From assembly GCA_047285535.1 (NCBI GenBank), contig JBJBDC010000001.1, positions 608,136 through 672,135 of the forward strand: a stretch of 64,000 nt of DNA, written 5' to 3'. Origin of the DNA: Synechococcus sp. (GTDB lineage Bacteria; Cyanobacteriota; Cyanobacteriia; PCC-6307; Cyanobiaceae). Positions 41,061 through 51,878 of this stretch are shown here, piece by piece (within the stretch, counting starts at the first letter, position 1; each line of letters begins with the position of its first letter). The notes beneath the pieces are model-generated. The model had not been told where the DNA came from and did no database searches. It saw nothing but the letters and a program-made list of their open reading frames with translations. The translations under genes were made by a program, and so were the position numbers.

Positions 41061-41869
41061 GCAAACGTTTTCTAATATTAATTCTTTTGGTCTGGTCTTT
41101 AGGCCCGTTATTTTGGCAAATTTATACTTCCTTCAGTACCGAGGCAGCTCTCGTTCAACCTTTTTCTTCCATTGATCAACGCTGGACTTTAATTCATTAT
41201 CATAGCATTCTCTCTTCCAATCCTCCATTCTGGCGCTATTTAATTAACAGCTTCATTGTCGGCGTTGCATCAACTTTTCTGTGTTTATTCTTGGCCATAC
41301 CTGCCTCTTATGCATTGAATAAAATTTCAACAAAGATTGCTGCGACAGCTCGTTTGGGACTGGTAGGAGCAGCATTATTTCCCTATGTACTACTTTTCTT
41401 GGCATTATTAGAGATTGCTCGTGATCTTAACCTTGGCAATAATCTATTGGCTTTAAGCATTCCTTATGCAGCTCTAACACAACCTCTTGCGGTGCTTTTA
41501 CTCAGCAGCGCCTTTCATAATATTCCTAGTGAGTTAGAGGATGCTGCAAAACTGGAGGGTCTTAGTCTCTGGCAACGGTTACGTTGGGTTTTAGTGCCGT
41601 TGATTGCACCAGCGACTGCAAGCACGGCTATATTAGTTTTTCTTTTTTCCTGGAATGAATATCCTATAGCATTGACATGGATCAGTGAATCCAGCAAATT
41701 AACGCTGCCAGTTGCCATGGCAAGGATCGCTGGGTCTTCGGTTTTCTCAGTCCCTTTTGGTGCTTACGCTGCAGCAACAGTTCTCGGTTCAATCCCCCTT
41801 GTCTTACTGGTTTTGATTTTCCAGAAACCTATTGTTTCAGGCCTCACTAGCGGAGCTGTAAAAGGATGA
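41057..41869 (+). CDS. ggtD: Sugar ABC transporter permease
   Basis: IPSELEDAAKLEG, SWNEY, GLTSGAVKG; MalG-like. Confidence 0.8.
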   Translation: MSKRFLILILLVWSLGPLFWQIYTSFSTEAALVQPFSSIDQRWTLIHYHSILSSNPPFWRYLINSFIVGVASTFLCLFLAIPASYALNKISTKIAATARLGLVGAALFPYVLLFLALLEIARDLNLGNNLLALSIPYAALTQPLAVLLLSSAFHNIPSELEDAAKLEGLSLWQRLRWVLVPLIAPATASTAILVFLFSWNEYPIALTWISESSKLTLPVAMARIAGSSVFSVPFGAYAAATVLGSIPLVLLVLIFQKPIVSGLTSGAVKG

Positions 41870-42837
41870 CTCTTCAGATTCAAAATTTGGGGAGATGTAT
41901 TGGTCAGCACTGGATTGTTCGCCATCTTAATCTTCATGTTGATGATGGAGAATGTGTTGCACTTGTCGGGCCTAGTGGTTGCGGTAAAAGCAGCACTTTA
42001 CGACTGATTGCGGGCCTAGACCAGGCAACAGATGGAGATATCTTTCTCAATAATGTCAACGTAACGCGCTTCAATGCTCGTCAGAGGGCCATCGGAATGG
42101 TCTTTCAAAGTTATGCTTTACTACCTCATCTGAGTGTTAAAGAAAACCTTGAACTTGGACTTCGAGTTCGAGGTGTTCGAGCTTCTGAAAGGCGAAATCG
42201 TATTCGTGAGATGCTCGATTTAGTGCAGCTCAATGACCGAGCTGAGGTTTTGCCAGCCCAGTTGTCTGGAGGACAGCGTCAGCGAGTCGCTTTAGCCCGG
42301 GCTTTACTGAGAGATCCAGATGTTTATTTACTCGACGAGCCAATGAGCAATTTAGATGCACAACTACGGGAGGAATTGCGGCCTGAATTACGTCGTCTGG
42401 TGCTCCATCGTCATAAACCTGTCATTCATGTCACTCATGATCAGCATGAAGCGATGGCTGTCGCTGATCGTATTGCAGTGCTCAATGCCGGGCATATAGA
42501 ACAGGTGGCTACTCCTGAGGAACTTTATCATCATCCTGAGACATTGTTTATTGCTCAATTTATTGGGCGCCCACAGATCAATTGTCTCTTGCCTCAACAG
42601 GACATCATTCGTGCTGTTAGGCCTGAAGATATTTACTTTTCTCCTCAGGGAATCCATTGCCAATTGGTGTCACGCGAATGGCTTGGAAGTTCTCAACTTC
42701 TCTACTTAGAATCACCACAAGGTCCTTTAAGAATGGCATGCCCAACTCACACTGAGATCCCTGAGTCTCTAATAGTCAACTGGAATTCATCATCAGAGCA
42801 TCATTTTGATTCTTTGACAGGTCAAAGGATCAATTAA
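41866..42837 (+). CDS. ggtA: Sugar ABC transporter ATP-binding protein
   Basis: [32 protein letters not shown]. Confidence 0.82.
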   Translation: MTLQIQNLGRCIGQHWIVRHLNLHVDDGECVALVGPSGCGKSSTLRLIAGLDQATDGDIFLNNVNVTRFNARQRAIGMVFQSYALLPHLSVKENLELGLRVRGVRASERRNRIREMLDLVQLNDRAEVLPAQLSGGQRQRVALARALLRDPDVYLLDEPMSNLDAQLREELRPELRRLVLHRHKPVIHVTHDQHEAMAVADRIAVLNAGHIEQVATPEELYHHPETLFIAQFIGRPQINCLLPQQDIIRAVRPEDIYFSPQGIHCQLVSREWLGSSQLLYLESPQGPLRMACPTHTEIPESLIVNWNSSSEHHFDSLTGQRIN

Positions 42838-43046
42838 CTCCTATGTTTGATCATGGTGAAACCTATCGATCATTTTTTCGCTTGTTACTAGTCTTACTTG
42901 ATGTCACTCTCTAGAGATCTAGACTATAGATAGAGAACTGGGATGTCAGTTCATTTTGTTATTCATTTATTTACTCATAAGTCATGAATCTATCTATTGC
43001 CTTTACGTCATTGTCATTAGCCGCGTAGACAATTTGCCCTTACCTT

Positions 43047-44126
43047 TTAATCACTCATACGCAAAGCCATTTTTAATACTCTCTCATGCTCCATTGATTT
43101 TGTACGGATGGACTCAAGCATCACCAGTGAAGGTGGCTTTAACAAGCATCGCCTCCATTGATTGAATAATGCTTCACGATCTGGCAGCTCATTTAAATCA
43201 GACCATGGCGCCCCTGCTGTTCTGGCTGCGGCCTCCACTTTTGGATCGTAGCTCAAGGCCGAAGTAGGACATTGACTAATCATCGACAAAATCAGAGCAT
43301 GCAATCGCATGGCGATGACCAAACTTGCCTCACAAAAAATTGCCTGCACATGTTGAATATCCTTTGCAATCACTGTTGATGATTGCTTGGCAAGTGTTTC
43401 TGTCACTAAACCTCTGGAACAAAGTGATGACAGTAAATCGACATCCTGTTGTCCATGAAAGGCTAACCATGTAACGCTCAAACCTGTTTCTTTGCACAGT
43501 TTGTCGACTGCCTGAAGCAAAATTGACCAACCTCTGTCGCTGAGTAAAGACGTTGGTCTCCAACACAACACAATATTCCCTCCTCCTTGATGAGGATGCA
43601 TTGGATAGTTCCAGACTGGATCTGGAGCCACTGACATTGATCTTTTTACTCCTAGCCATCGGGCCAAATCCATCGATGCATCATCTCTCCACGTGATGAA
43701 TGATGGATAATTCAGAGATCTGCGCACCAGAAAACGGCTGAATGAATGCTTCAATGGACCTAGTCCCTGTCCCCATAAAACCACTGTCTTTCGATTCACT
43801 CTTGCCGCTAGAATTACAATTAAGTAGTAAATAAGACTTCTGACACTGGTGCTGTCCTGTAGCAGACTACCTCCACCAAGTACAACCACTTGGACCTTGC
43901 TAATACTCCTTATAATTGTTTTGAGCGATCGTCTATTGACTACCACAGCATTGGGAACAATCCTACGAACAGCTTCTGAGTCATGGCCCGTAATCACCGG
44001 TTGCCATGTGCTTGGCAGTTGACGAATCAACACCTCTAAGAGGGCATCATCTCCAAGATTGTGTTCTCCGTAGTAACCGCAGAGCAGAACACGCCTTATC
44101 GGTGAAGCTTGAGCCAAGCCAGACAT
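43047..44126 (-). CDS. csaB: Polysaccharide pyruvyl transferase CsaB
   Basis: GYYGEHNLGDDA, GGGSLLQDSTS, MRLHALI, YDPKV. Confidence 0.92.
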   Translation of the reverse strand: MSGLAQASPIRRVLLCGYYGEHNLGDDALLEVLIRQLPSTWQPVITGHDSEAVRRIVPNAVVVNRRSLKTIIRSISKVQVVVLGGGSLLQDSTSVRSLIYYLIVILAARVNRKTVVLWGQGLGPLKHSFSRFLVRRSLNYPSFITWRDDASMDLARWLGVKRSMSVAPDPVWNYPMHPHQGGGNIVLCWRPTSLLSDRGWSILLQAVDKLCKETGLSVTWLAFHGQQDVDLLSSLCSRGLVTETLAKQSSTVIAKDIQHVQAIFCEASLVIAMRLHALILSMISQCPTSALSYDPKVEAAARTAGAPWSDLNELPDREALFNQWRRCLLKPPSLVMLESIRTKSMEHERVLKMALRMSD

Positions 44127-44201
44127 TCATCAGAACATGGATAGTCCCATTATCGTCGGCCTGCTACTCCTAGTTTGGATCCATCTTTTGATTCTGACGC
44201 T

Positions 44202-44504
44202 ATGCATGACCTCTCGTTGGCAACATGGTGGATCCACGTGGCTTCGGTTTTCGAGTGGTTGTTAGCGATGGTTCTGATTGCTCAACGCGGTTTCCGTCAA
44301 TCTCAACTAAGCATGATCTGGCTTTCGGCGGCGATGATTCCAGCTCTTGTAAGTGCTATGGCCGCATGCACGTGGCATCTTTATGACAATTCCGAGAGTC
44401 TTCGCTGGCTTGTGACTCTTCAGGCTTCCACGACCCTTCTGGGAAACGTCACTTTGGCCATTGCAGCCTGGAATCTACAACGCGAATCTTTGGTGAAGAG
44501 TTGA
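44202..44504 (+). CDS. DUF2499 / Ycf49-like membrane protein
   Basis: LSLATWWIHVASVFEW, AMAACTWHLYDN. Confidence 0.85.
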   Translation: MHDLSLATWWIHVASVFEWLLAMVLIAQRGFRQSQLSMIWLSAAMIPALVSAMAACTWHLYDNSESLRWLVTLQASTTLLGNVTLAIAAWNLQRESLVKS

Positions 44505-44830
44505 CAATGCATGTTGATCCGGCACCACTTTTTGCAATTTCACTACTCCCCTACCTTGCCTTTCTTCATTATCTGGGGCGAAGCCAACAACTTCCAAAAT
44601 TGACCGTTACTGGATTTCAACTCACCTTGCTTTTCGTTGCTGTGACCATCGCGGCTTCAGTGATAGCCGTAGTTCACTACCACTCTGAATTAGTTGCTGT
44701 GGATTGGCTGCACGGTGGTGCTGAGTCCTTTCTCACCTTGAGCAATGGCTGCATTGTGGTCGGTCTATTCAGAGCTAAATCGGATAAACCAGTAAATAAC
44801 TCTTACGAGGAGGAGTCCTTGGGGCGTTGA
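44501..44830 (+). CDS. DUF3593-family membrane protein
   Basis: LFAISLLPYLAFL, VDWLHGGAESFLTLSN. Confidence 0.85.
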   Translation: MTMHVDPAPLFAISLLPYLAFLHYLGRSQQLPKLTVTGFQLTLLFVAVTIAASVIAVVHYHSELVAVDWLHGGAESFLTLSNGCIVVGLFRAKSDKPVNNSYEEESLGR

Positions 44831-44863
44831 AATTGGAAGATAAGGTGTCGCTTGTTGCGCTGC

Positions 44864-45121
44864 ATGTTCACCCCTCTTCTCGCTATCGCCCCCGCCTCCG
44901 TCTCCTGGTCACCCAAAGTTGCCCTTGTGATGATCGTCTGCAACATCATCGCCATCGCGATTGGTAAAGCCACCATTAAGCATCAGGACGTGGGCCTCAA
45001 ATTGCCCAACCCCTCTTTCTTTGGTGGTATGAGCCACGCCAGCATGGTCGCAACCACGAGTCTGGGACACGTGATTGGAATTGGGGCCATTCAGGGGTTA
45101 GCAGCTCGAGGCGTTCTTTAA
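44864..45121 (+). CDS. psaK: Photosystem I subunit PsaK
   Basis: WSPKVALVMIVCN, TTSLGHVIGIGAIQGL. Confidence 0.95.
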   Translation: MFTPLLAIAPASVSWSPKVALVMIVCNIIAIAIGKATIKHQDVGLKLPNPSFFGGMSHASMVATTSLGHVIGIGAIQGLAARGVL

Positions 45122-45152
45122 GTTCAACCTCCTGGAATCAGAAGCTTCGCGA

Positions 45153-47096
45153 TCAGCCAGCTGAGGTCACCTCAGCTGGCATTTTTTGTTCGAGTTTGAG
45201 TGAGCCAGCTGTAGTCAGCACGAAATGATTCTTGATGCGCACCGCCATTTGATCAGGTGTCAAACCCAAAGCCTCAAAACTTTGTTGAGGTGTGGCGTGA
45301 TCAACCAGCTGGTCGGGAATTCCGATCCGGAGCATGGGCAGAGTTAGTCCTTTCTCCTGGAGTGATTCGAGAACGGCAGAGCCAAATCCACCCGCCAATG
45401 CTCCTTCCTCCATCGTGACGATCTTGCCGATCCGTTGCGCCATTGGATGAATCATCGCTTCGTCCAGTGGACGCAAATAACGCGCATTGATGACTGCAGC
45501 CTCCACGCCAACTGTTGACAAGCGTTCAGCAGTTGCCATGGCCTTTGGAACCATTGCGCCATAGGCAACGATCAAAACATCCTTTCCTTCACGTAGGACT
45601 TCTCCACAGCCGATAGGGAGTGCCTCCCAGCCTTCTTCCATGAGGGGAACCCCCTCTCCTGGGCCGCGAGGGATTCTTAGGGCAGTTGGCCCATCGTGAT
45701 TGAGACAAGTCACAAGCATCTGCTGAAGTTCTGCTTCATCCTTAGGAGCCATCACCGTGAAATTAGGAATCGCACGCATATAGCTGATGTCGTACTGTCC
45801 TTGGTGTGTCGGGCCATCGGCTCCGACGATTCCAGCCCGATCAAGAACAAAAGTCACGGGTAATTTTTGAATACCTACATCGTGAATGAGCTGATCGAAA
45901 GCACGTTGTAGAAAGGTGCTGTAGATGGCAACAACTGGTCTGAGTCCATTGCATGCCATTCCTGCGGATAAGGTCACGGCATGCTGCTCAGCAATGCCAA
46001 CATCGATGTATTGGTCTGGAAGAGCCTTTTGAAGAATGTCTAAACCGGTCCCTGTCGCCATAGCGGCTGTGATTCCTACAACGCGAGGATTCTGCTCGCA
46101 AAGTTTGACTAGAGTTTGGCCAAAGACCTTGCTATAGCTCGGTGGTTTAGGAGTTTTACTAGGTCTTGCTTTACCTGTACTGAGATTAAAGGCTGATTGA
46201 GCGTGATATCCGACTTGATCTTCTTCGGCATAGGGGTATCCCTTGCCCTTCTTGGTGACAACGTGAACCATGACAGGACCACCCTCACGATGAGCGGCCT
46301 GAAATGTGCGCGTCATCTCAGTAATGTCATGACCATCGATTGGCCCCATGTAGGTGAAACCAAGTTCTTCAAATACTGCACCAACTTTGGGGACTGCTAG
46401 TCGACGCATGCTTTCTTTGAGTCGATTGAGTTCTGGTGGTATCTCCCCACCCATAAATGGAAGATTGCGAACACTTTCCTCAACGCTTCCGGATAAGAAC
46501 TGGAGAGGAGGACTAAGACGCATCCGGTTGAGATAGGTCGAAAGCGCACCAACTGGTGGGGAAATCGACATGTCGTTGTCATTAAGCACAACGAGCAGTG
46601 GAGTGGTTGGCAAATGGCCAGCATGATTAATAGCCTCCAAGGCCATCCCTCCAGTCAGCGCACCGTCCCCAATCACAGCAACGCATTTGTAATCAAGGCC
46701 CAGACGATCACGCGCTATAGCCATCCCTAGGGCTGCCGAAATGGACGTGCTGGCATGCCCGGCGCCGAAATGATCAAATCGGCTTTCTGATCTCTTCAGG
46801 TATCCAGCAACCCCGCCTTGCTGACGCAAGGAGTCAAATCGTTCAAATCGTCCTGTAATTAACTTATGTGGATAGGCTTGATGCCCTACATCCCAGACGA
46901 CTTTGTCTTGATCGAGATCAAGGGTTTGATACAGAGCCAGAGTTAATTCGACGACACCTAATCCAGGACCAAGATGTCCGCCGCTATTGGACACCACTTC
47001 CAAATGGCGGTCTCTGATCTGTTGCGCAACCTCCTCAAGCTGCGCCAATGGCAGTCCTTGCAGCTGATTCGGATGGGTTATTTCGCTCAGATGCAT
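45153..47096 (-). CDS. dxs: 1-deoxy-D-xylulose-5-phosphate synthase
   Basis: [41 protein letters not shown]. Confidence 0.98.
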   Translation of the reverse strand: MHLSEITHPNQLQGLPLAQLEEVAQQIRDRHLEVVSNSGGHLGPGLGVVELTLALYQTLDLDQDKVVWDVGHQAYPHKLITGRFERFDSLRQQGGVAGYLKRSESRFDHFGAGHASTSISAALGMAIARDRLGLDYKCVAVIGDGALTGGMALEAINHAGHLPTTPLLVVLNDNDMSISPPVGALSTYLNRMRLSPPLQFLSGSVEESVRNLPFMGGEIPPELNRLKESMRRLAVPKVGAVFEELGFTYMGPIDGHDITEMTRTFQAAHREGGPVMVHVVTKKGKGYPYAEEDQVGYHAQSAFNLSTGKARPSKTPKPPSYSKVFGQTLVKLCEQNPRVVGITAAMATGTGLDILQKALPDQYIDVGIAEQHAVTLSAGMACNGLRPVVAIYSTFLQRAFDQLIHDVGIQKLPVTFVLDRAGIVGADGPTHQGQYDISYMRAIPNFTVMAPKDEAELQQMLVTCLNHDGPTALRIPRGPGEGVPLMEEGWEALPIGCGEVLREGKDVLIVAYGAMVPKAMATAERLSTVGVEAAVINARYLRPLDEAMIHPMAQRIGKIVTMEEGALAGGFGSAVLESLQEKGLTLPMLRIGIPDQLVDHATPQQSFEALGLTPDQMAVRIKNHFVLTTAGSLKLEQKMPAEVTSAG

Positions 47097-47175
47097 TCCC
47101 ATCTCTTGACCGATCTCTTCAATCTAGGGGCCCCACCGCCCCTTCGCGATCTTCTGGGGTTGTCAGACTGTCGAG

Positions 47176-48702
47176 ATGGATCATTACTTGCCAAGGATCC
47201 TGCGTGCCCGTGTCTATGACGTGGCCCGGGAAACCCCTTTAGAACTCACGAAAATTCTCAGCCGAAGGCTGAACAACAGCGTTTGGTTGAAACGGGAAGA
47301 CCTCCAACCTGTTTTTTCATTCAAGTTGCGAGGTGCCTACAACCGCATGGCTCAACTCTCGCAAACCGAGCTCAAACGCGGAGTGATCGCATCAAGTGCA
47401 GGTAACCATGCCCAAGGCGTCGCTCTCAGCGCAGCGCATCTCGGATGTAGGGCTGTGATCGTGATGCCCGTTACCACTCCTTGTGTCAAGGTCGATGCCG
47501 TTCGCCAGCTTGGAGCAGAGGTTGTGCTCCATGGTGAGACTTACGACGAGGCTTATGCAAAAGCCAGATCTCAAAGCGAAGCAGAAGATCTGTGTTTTAT
47601 CCATCCATTTGACGATCCAGAAGTCATCGCTGGACAGGGAACTGTTGGGATGGAAATTCTTCGTCAATGCCATCAACCTCCAGACGCGATCTACGTGGCC
47701 GTCGGTGGCGGTGGATTGATCGGGGGGATAGCTGCTTATGTGAAAAGTCTCTGGCCGGCTGTTCAGATCATCGGCGTTGAGCCCCATGATGCCGCAGCCA
47801 TGACCCTGTCCTTAGAGGCAGGTCAACGGATTCGCTTGCCACAGGTTGGGCTCTTCGCGGATGGTGTAGCGGTGCGAGAGGTAGGAGAACACACGTTTGA
47901 ATTGGCCAAGAAGTACGTCGATGACATCGTTACGGTCAGCACTGATGAAATCTGTGCCGCGATAAAGGATGTGTTTGAAGACACCCGATCAATTCTTGAA
48001 CCAGCTGGCGCCCTCGCTGTGGCTGGCCTCAAAACTGATGTAAGTCGGAGATCACTTGAAAATCAAAATCTTGTTGCCGTCGCCTGTGGCGCCAATATTA
48101 ATTTTGCTCGCTTGCGTTTCGTCGCGGAACGAGCCGAACTCGGTGAAGAGCGCGAAGCCATGCTCGCGGTAGAAATTCCAGAGCATCCAGGAAGTCTTCG
48201 GATGCTATGCGAATTACTGGCAAATCGCAGCCTCACTGAGTTCTCTTATCGCATGGGGGCTGGGGAGCAAGCTCACATTTTTATGGGTGTTCAGGTCAGC
48301 GGTCTCGATGACAGAACAGCCTTGATCTCACATCTCAAAACCCATGGCTATGCCTGCCTGGATCTCAGTAACGATGAACTCTCCAAGGTGCACCTTCGAC
48401 ACATGGTCGGAGGTCGGCTTCCAGCCAGCTCGTTTAAAAGTGATGCCAAAGAACTTCTTTATCGCTTTGAGTTTCCAGAGCGACCTGGAGCCTTGATGCG
48501 CTTTGTGACAGCCCTGCATCCTGAATGGAGCATCAGCATTTTCCACTACAGAAATCACGGCGCTGATGTTGGCAGGATCGTCGTTGGAGTTCTTGTGAGT
48601 GCCGACGACCTCAAGGAATGGCAATCGTTTCTTGATGATCTTGGTTACAGCAGTTGGGAAGAAACGAACAATCCCGCATATCAACTTTTCCTTGGTGGAT
48701 GA
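47176..48702 (+). CDS. ilvA: Threonine ammonia-lyase, biosynthetic
   Basis: KREDLQPVFSFKLRGA, SAGNHAQG, two ACT-like domains. Confidence 0.97.
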   Translation: MDHYLPRILRARVYDVARETPLELTKILSRRLNNSVWLKREDLQPVFSFKLRGAYNRMAQLSQTELKRGVIASSAGNHAQGVALSAAHLGCRAVIVMPVTTPCVKVDAVRQLGAEVVLHGETYDEAYAKARSQSEAEDLCFIHPFDDPEVIAGQGTVGMEILRQCHQPPDAIYVAVGGGGLIGGIAAYVKSLWPAVQIIGVEPHDAAAMTLSLEAGQRIRLPQVGLFADGVAVREVGEHTFELAKKYVDDIVTVSTDEICAAIKDVFEDTRSILEPAGALAVAGLKTDVSRRSLENQNLVAVACGANINFARLRFVAERAELGEEREAMLAVEIPEHPGSLRMLCELLANRSLTEFSYRMGAGEQAHIFMGVQVSGLDDRTALISHLKTHGYACLDLSNDELSKVHLRHMVGGRLPASSFKSDAKELLYRFEFPERPGALMRFVTALHPEWSISIFHYRNHGADVGRIVVGVLVSADDLKEWQSFLDDLGYSSWEETNNPAYQLFLGG

Positions 48703-48765
48703 TTCGTAGTCACACATGGCCAAAACGGCCTTCAGCGGTAATTTGATGAAGGCTTTGAGGGGGCG

Positions 48766-49299
48766 GTGATGGCAGAACCATCAGAACGAAGCAACAATCC
48801 GGAGTTCAATCTCTCCCTTGTTGCTCGTCTAGAGGCAATCCTTTATTTAAAAGGCAAAGCCATGTCCCCTGCTGAACTTGCAGCGCTTGCCGACACGACT
48901 GAAAAGGAAACTGAGCAGGGCTTGTTAGCCCTAGCAGCCGGATACGCACAAAGAGACACGGCCCTAGAAATTCATGAGAACAGTGGTCGCTATAGCCTTC
49001 AACTAAGGGCTGGCCTCGGTGAACTTGTTCGTAACCTATTACCCGTCAACCTCTCAACAGCCACGCTGAGAACGCTCGCCACGATCGCTCTCAAAAGACG
49101 CATTCTGCAGTCGGAGCTTGTGGACTTACGGGGTTCAGGAGCCTATGACCACATCAAGGAACTTCTGAGTCAGAACTTCATTGAACGGAAACGGCAAAGC
49201 GAAGGGCGCTCGTATTGGCTCAGTCTTTCTGAAAAGTTTCACCGCACATTTTCCGTTCTTCCTGATCGGGGTAACTCAGAACCTGATCAGGCTGCATAA
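48766..49299 (+). CDS. scpB: SMC-Scp complex subunit ScpB
   Basis: LEAILY, LSTATLRTLATIA, LRG; winged-helix pattern. Confidence 0.92.
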   Translation: MMAEPSERSNNPEFNLSLVARLEAILYLKGKAMSPAELAALADTTEKETEQGLLALAAGYAQRDTALEIHENSGRYSLQLRAGLGELVRNLLPVNLSTATLRTLATIALKRRILQSELVDLRGSGAYDHIKELLSQNFIERKRQSEGRSYWLSLSEKFHRTFSVLPDRGNSEPDQAA

Positions 49300-49332
49300 A
49301 GTTCCTTCATTCCCCACAGTCGAGAACCACCA

Positions 49333-49635
49333 ATGGATTTGAGTTTTGTTTCCACCTTTCTCCAGATCATTGCGCAGACCTTGCAGATTTATTCCTTTGT
49401 CTTGATCGTGCGAGTCCTTCTCACCTGGTTCCCGAATGTGGATATGGGGAACCCAGTGCTCAGCACAGTGAGTTCGATCACTGACCCTTACCTCAATGCC
49501 TTTCGAGGACTGATTCCTCCTCTGGGAGGCCTGGATTTATCCGCAATTCTCGCTTTCATAGCCCTCAGCTTGATGCAGCAACTCTTGATGTCAGCCAGCT
49601 TTGCCTTTGCAGGTGGGTTTGTTAATTACGCCTAA
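49333..49635 (+). CDS. YggT/YlmG family membrane protein
   Basis: RVLLTWFP, TDPYLNAFRGLIPPLGGLDLS. Confidence 0.92.
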   Translation: MDLSFVSTFLQIIAQTLQIYSFVLIVRVLLTWFPNVDMGNPVLSTVSSITDPYLNAFRGLIPPLGGLDLSAILAFIALSLMQQLLMSASFAFAGGFVNYA

Positions 49636-49656
49636 GAAGGATGTAAGCCCATGAGC

Positions 49657-49986
49657 TCAGCGGTCATCACCACTCCCTTGCAATTGTCCACGATCTGAGC
49701 GATCACGCAGTTTCTTGAGGTTTTGAATGGCCACATCTTCCAGCTGATACCCAAGTTCACTGGCGAGTTGAGACACGTACCAGAGCACATCACCGAGCTC
49801 CAGTGCGATCTCAGCTCGCACCTCATCATCAAAGTGCCCGGCTCGATCGCGAATCACCTTCTTCACTTTATCTGCAACTTCCCCAGCCTCACCACTGAGA
49901 CCAAGGGTTGGATAGATCGGATTTTTTCCTGCATCTGGGTAGAGAGCGGTTCTTCGAGCTGCTACCTGATAACCATTGAGGTCCAT
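49657..49986 (-). CDS. MazG-like nucleoside triphosphate pyrophosphohydrolase
   Basis: LGLSGEAGEVADKVKK, ELGDVLWY, GSGDDR. Confidence 0.9.
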   Translation of the reverse strand: MDLNGYQVAARRTALYPDAGKNPIYPTLGLSGEAGEVADKVKKVIRDRAGHFDDEVRAEIALELGDVLWYVSQLASELGYQLEDVAIQNLKKLRDRSDRGQLQGSGDDR

Positions 49987-50075
49987 ACAGTTCATGTGGA
50001 AGAGAGTCATCATTCAACAAGTTTTCGAGAGCCCATGGGCTAGACGGTAGATTCCGCAAGCTTCAAGTCCTGTGG

Positions 50076-51860
50076 ATGGCTCAGATCGATCTAAACCGTA
50101 GAACCAAGATCGTGGCCACCATCGGGCCCGCAACGGAAAGTCCTGAACGGATTCGAGAGTTGGTTCAAGCCGGCGCGACGACGTTTCGATTGAATTTTTC
50201 TCATGGTGATCACAGTGAGCACGCAGAAAGAATTGCCACCATCCGACAGGTGTCCCACGAACTGGGCGCTCACATTGGCATTCTCCAGGATCTACAGGGT
50301 CCGAAAATCCGATTAGGTCGATTCGAAGAAGGACCGATCACTCTTGCCAAGGGTGATCAATTCGCTCTGACTGCCAAGCAGGTGAGGTGTAACCAGACGA
50401 TTGCAACAGTGACTTACGACAAGCTGGCTGAAGAAGTCTCTGTAGGGAGTCGGATTCTCCTGGATGATGGACGTGTCGAGATGAAGGTTGAGCGTGTTGA
50501 CGCTGTTGACCAAACTCTTCACTGCTCAGTTTCAGTTGGTGGTGTTCTGTCGAACAACAAGGGCGTCAATTTTCCAGATGTGCAGCTTTCTGTAAGAGCA
50601 CTGACACAAAAGGATCGGCAGGATCTCGCCTTTGGCCTTCATCAAGGGGTGGACTGGGTAGCACTGAGCTTTGTCCGCAATCCCTCTGATATGCAAGAGA
50701 TCAGAGAATTGATCCGCAAGCATGGGCACAGCACACCTGTCGTCGCAAAAATCGAAAAATTTGAAGCGATCGATCAGATTGACGCGATTTTGCCACTTTG
50801 CGATGGGGTCATGGTTGCCCGTGGTGATCTAGGCGTCGAGATGCCTGCAGAAGAAGTTCCACTGTTGCAAAAAGATCTCATCCAAAAAGCGAACAGCCTT
50901 GGGATACCGATCATCACAGCTACCCAGATGCTTGACTCCATGGCCTCCAGCCCCAGACCGACTCGGGCTGAAGTGAGTGATGTAGCCAATGCAATTCTTG
51001 ATGGCACAGATGCGGTCATGCTTTCTAACGAGACAGCTGTTGGTGACTTCCCAGTTGAAGCAGTGGAAACAATGGCCACGATCGCCAGGAGGATCGAACG
51101 TGATTATCCTCAGCGTCCGATCGACAGCCATTTGCCCAGCACGATTCCAAATGCGATTAGTGGTGCGGTGAGCAGCATTGCTCGCCAGCTCAACGCTGCG
51201 GCAATTCTGCCCTTAACCAAAAGTGGCGCAACTGCTCACAACGTGAGTAAATTCAGACCCTCAACGCCGATCCTTGCCATCACCAGTGAAATCAGCGTGG
51301 CCCGCAAGCTTCAGTTGGTTTGGGGTGTTACACCTCTGTTGATTGAAACGCAGAAGAGCACCACCGCTACCTTCACTCTCGCCATGGGTTGTGCCCAAGA
51401 GATGGGTGTGCTTAACGATGGCGATCTCTGCGTGCAAACAGCTGGAACACTGGCAGGTGTCAGTGGATCTACAGATCTCATCAAAGTGGGCATTGTGAGT
51501 GCGGTCCTGGGCAGAGGCTCAGGGTTTGGAAGTGGATCAGTCAGCGGAAAGGTGCGCATTGCAATGTCTGCTAGTGATTGTGCCCGACTTGAGCCAGGGG
51601 ACATTCTTGTGGCTCGCGACACTTCAGCCGAATACTTAGATGGAATCCGCGATGCCGCTGCAGTGATCACCGAACAGCCTGGAGAGGACTCACATGCTGC
51701 CGTGATAGCGAAACGTCTTGGCGTACCGGTAATTACAGGTGTGGCCAATGCCACAAGTGATTTACGGGAAGGAGAAGTGGTGACCTTGCACGTGAAAGAT
51801 GGCGTTGTTCATCGTGGGACGAGCAGCAATCTCTCGATGAAATTAGACACCATGCTCTGA
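50076..51860 (+). CDS. pyk: Pyruvate kinase with C-terminal PEP-utiliser domain
   Basis: TKIVATIGPA, RLNFSHG, MVARGDLG, ATQML. Confidence 0.98.
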   Translation: MAQIDLNRRTKIVATIGPATESPERIRELVQAGATTFRLNFSHGDHSEHAERIATIRQVSHELGAHIGILQDLQGPKIRLGRFEEGPITLAKGDQFALTAKQVRCNQTIATVTYDKLAEEVSVGSRILLDDGRVEMKVERVDAVDQTLHCSVSVGGVLSNNKGVNFPDVQLSVRALTQKDRQDLAFGLHQGVDWVALSFVRNPSDMQEIRELIRKHGHSTPVVAKIEKFEAIDQIDAILPLCDGVMVARGDLGVEMPAEEVPLLQKDLIQKANSLGIPIITATQMLDSMASSPRPTRAEVSDVANAILDGTDAVMLSNETAVGDFPVEAVETMATIARRIERDYPQRPIDSHLPSTIPNAISGAVSSIARQLNAAAILPLTKSGATAHNVSKFRPSTPILAITSEISVARKLQLVWGVTPLLIETQKSTTATFTLAMGCAQEMGVLNDGDLCVQTAGTLAGVSGSTDLIKVGIVSAVLGRGSGFGSGSVSGKVRIAMSASDCARLEPGDILVARDTSAEYLDGIRDAAAVITEQPGEDSHAAVIAKRLGVPVITGVANATSDLREGEVVTLHVKDGVVHRGTSSNLSMKLDTML

Positions 51861-51878
51861 TTTAGGTCTTTTGCGTTC

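Noticed and set aside
37412..42837. ggpS plus ABC transporter as a novel system
   Set aside because: Known glucosylglycerol synthesis and uptake genes; it looks AT-richer by eye but has no mobility signatures.
49657..49986. MazG-like gene as an anti-phage or toxin module
   Set aside because: Stand-alone gene among housekeeping genes with no partner nuclease or toxin.
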